Shown here in pieces: positions 62,030 through 64,000 of a DNA stretch of 64,000 nt. The DNA lies in NCBI GenBank assembly GCA_965235115.1, contig OZ249436.1, positions 22,694,001 to 22,758,000 on the forward strand. The letters run 5' to 3'. Positions within the stretch are counted from its first letter, which is position 1. Every line of letters begins with the position of its first letter. Position numbers and translations under genes: made by a program. The notes under the pieces were generated by a model. The model worked only from the letters and a program-made list of their open reading frames with translations. It made no database searches and was not told the DNA's origin. This DNA is from Laetmonice hystrix (lineage: Eukaryota).

Positions 62030-62780
62030 TGCTGAGTGGCCAGTTGGTTGGTTTGGTTGCCTGTAGTAATATTATGAAGCGTTAAGTGTACATGCCACAC
62101 TCTCAGCAGTCAGCATACATGTATAAGGCTTCATAAAAATACTACAGGAAACCATACCAATCAACTGGACACCAATCAACTGGACACTTAGCATGCATAT
62201 ACTAGCATGCTAAGTGTCAAGTTGATTGGTTTGGTCTCCTTTCGTAACATGTTATGAAGCTATATGAATGCTAAATGTCCAGTTGATGGCTTTGGTCCCC
62301 TCTAGTGGTATTATCCAGCTGTATGTACAAGAATGCTGAGTGTACAGTTGATTGGGTTGGTCTCTTATAATATTGAACCTGAGTATACAGTTGATTGGTT
62401 TTGTCTCCTGTCGTAATGATATGAAGCTCTACATGCATGCTAAGTGTCCAGTTGATGGGTTTCGTCCCATTCAATGATAATATCCAGCGGTATGTACAAG
62501 TAAGCTGAGTGTACAGTTGATTGGGTTGGTCTTCTGTAATAACGTGTTATGAACCTGAGTGTCCAGTGGATTGGTTTTGTCTCCTGTCGTAATGATATGA
62601 AGCTCTACATGCATGCTAAGTGTCCAGTTGATGGGTTTCGTCCCCTCTAGTGATATATTATCCAGCTGTATGTACAAATATGCTGAGTGTCCAGTTGATC
62701 GGGTTTGTCTCCTGTAATAACATGTTATGAACATGGATACATGTACATGTATACTGAGTGTCTAGTTGATGGGTTTGGCA
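62030..62780. repeat. Intronic minisatellite, ~45-70-bp units in a ~170-175-bp trimer
   Basis: Recurrent tgt(c/a)cagttgat(g/t)gg.tt.gtc at ~62277, 62341, 62385, 62445, 62510, 62560, 62621, 62688, 62758; one inverted stretch at 62155-62196. Confidence 0.85.
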
Positions 62781-62781
62781 G

Positions 62782-62950
62782 GTATCAGTACCGGAGCGGT
62801 GGAGATTGTACTGAGCTCTCTATGGAGCTGGGCCAAGTCGATAAAACCGTCAGTGAGCGGCCAGCACTGGGTGGTGACAGTTTACGGTGATCAGGATGAT
62901 GGCCTTGTGGAAGCGGTTCTTTGTCTCCTTGATGTCTACTTAGCTGCCAG
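62782..62950 (+). CDS. LINS1: Lines homolog exon
   Basis: (G)ISTGAVEIVLSSLWSWAK...WVVTVYGDQDDGLVEAVLCLLDVYLAA; xQDD..LE motif of Lines_N; donor AG|GTAATT phase 2. Confidence 0.9.
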
Positions 62951-63661
62951 GTAATTGTGATCTGGATGAATTCATGTAAAAAAAACAATCATGTAATTTG
63001 GGAAGAAAAATATGAATTGAGAGATATCTAGGACTAGGAGAAACCACCAATGTAGAATTAATCTTTCTGAAACGTGCGGAGTGATCATATTGCCACCTAG
63101 CGGCTCCAGGACGAATTATCTGTCAACGAAACCTTACCAGTGCCACCTGGTGGTACACTTATGGATTGCTGACCCGGTTAACGTTGGCGTTCTCATGACT
63201 AATATTATCAGTGGCGGATTTAGGGAGGGGGCGCACGCGGCGCCCCCCCTCCTTATTTCCGGACCGGACCCCTTGCAGAGATATTGTTTCATGAAGTTGG
63301 TCTCAGAAATAAGGGTCACAAACTATTGGCCATTTTTTTGTTGAGAGCTAATATTTGGGATTTCCTCTTTAAACATGTGTACCGACATGTGGCCCAAGTT
63401 TAATCAAAATCGAAGACAAAGTCCGTGGGGCCCTTGTTGAACTGGCATGTAGAACCAATTACAATATTTTACATTTAGTATTCTTTAGTATACAATATTT
63501 GTAGAACGTGGTCTGATTCTAGTCTGTTGTTGCCTTTTAACTGCGACAACACAGTGACAAAAGATGTCAGTCTCGTAACCTCCGTTTCACTAAATAGCTC
63601 GTTGTTATTTTTAATGTTTCATGACTGTCATTAATAACACTCGCCTTATGATTGGTTACAG

Positions 63662-64000
63662 ACCCAGCCAAACAGATGTCCAGACGTGGAGTGTCCACTC
63701 CCTCGAGGGTATAGACCCTCATGAAATTTTCCTACATTTTCTCGACCACTGTTCTTTTGACCACTCCGTCCTCCTTGACCTTTTGACCTCACCTGAGACG
63801 TGCTTTTTGCTGTATTTCGTCCGCTACCTACATCACATGCTGAAGACCTGGACGCACCTGTGTCAGGTATGCCTTACCTGGCAACCAATCAACAACCTTG
63901 ATTTTTGTACACCCAGACCTCAGTGTGATGCAAAATCTGGCATTCATAATGACCCTGGCCAGAGTGAGAAGGAGTCAGAAAATCATGGCAATCAACCGCT
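63662..64000 (+). CDS. LINS1: Lines homolog exon (continues past window end)
   Basis: ttacag|(R)PSQTDV...IDPHEIFLHFLDHCSFDHSVLLDLLTSPETCFLLYFVRYLHHMLKTW, the diagnostic Lines core (PH..F..FL....FD.SVLLD.L.S.ETCFL.YFVRYL); frame open to 64000. Confidence 0.93.

Overview
Animal (invertebrate-type) genomic DNA, not prokaryotic; most of the ORF track is noise from repeats. Three spliced genes were reconstructed by hand with consistent GT-AG sites and intron phases: (1) a 223-aa Ras-family small GTPase of Di-Ras/RasD type (minus, 3 coding exons, 19562->13951, ending CVVM); (2) a complete 215-aa OSTF1 (SH3 + ankyrin; minus, 7 exons, 47283->39387); (3) a Lines/LINS1 homolog (plus, 6 coding exons seen, 52378->past the window end), head-to-head with OSTF1. 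The rest is dense, nested transposon debris: PIF/Harbinger MITEs and transposase/MADF remnants, a Tc1/mariner-like remnant, Helentron-type non-autonomous elements, a TTAA-specific palindromic MITE, a Sola-like element, 5-bp-TSD G/C-tract MITEs, CR1/L2-type LINE fragments, tandem repeats and a ~1.2-kb local duplication. I found no unambiguous new biological system. The best leads are the GTPase with a natural Q61L-equivalent, strong enrichment of the palindrome TAGGCCTA (possible excision footprints), a recurring 'IR-body-IR + terminal hairpin' element architecture, and an 83-bp perfect duplication around a SINE-like insert. All family assignments are from motif recognition, not database searches.
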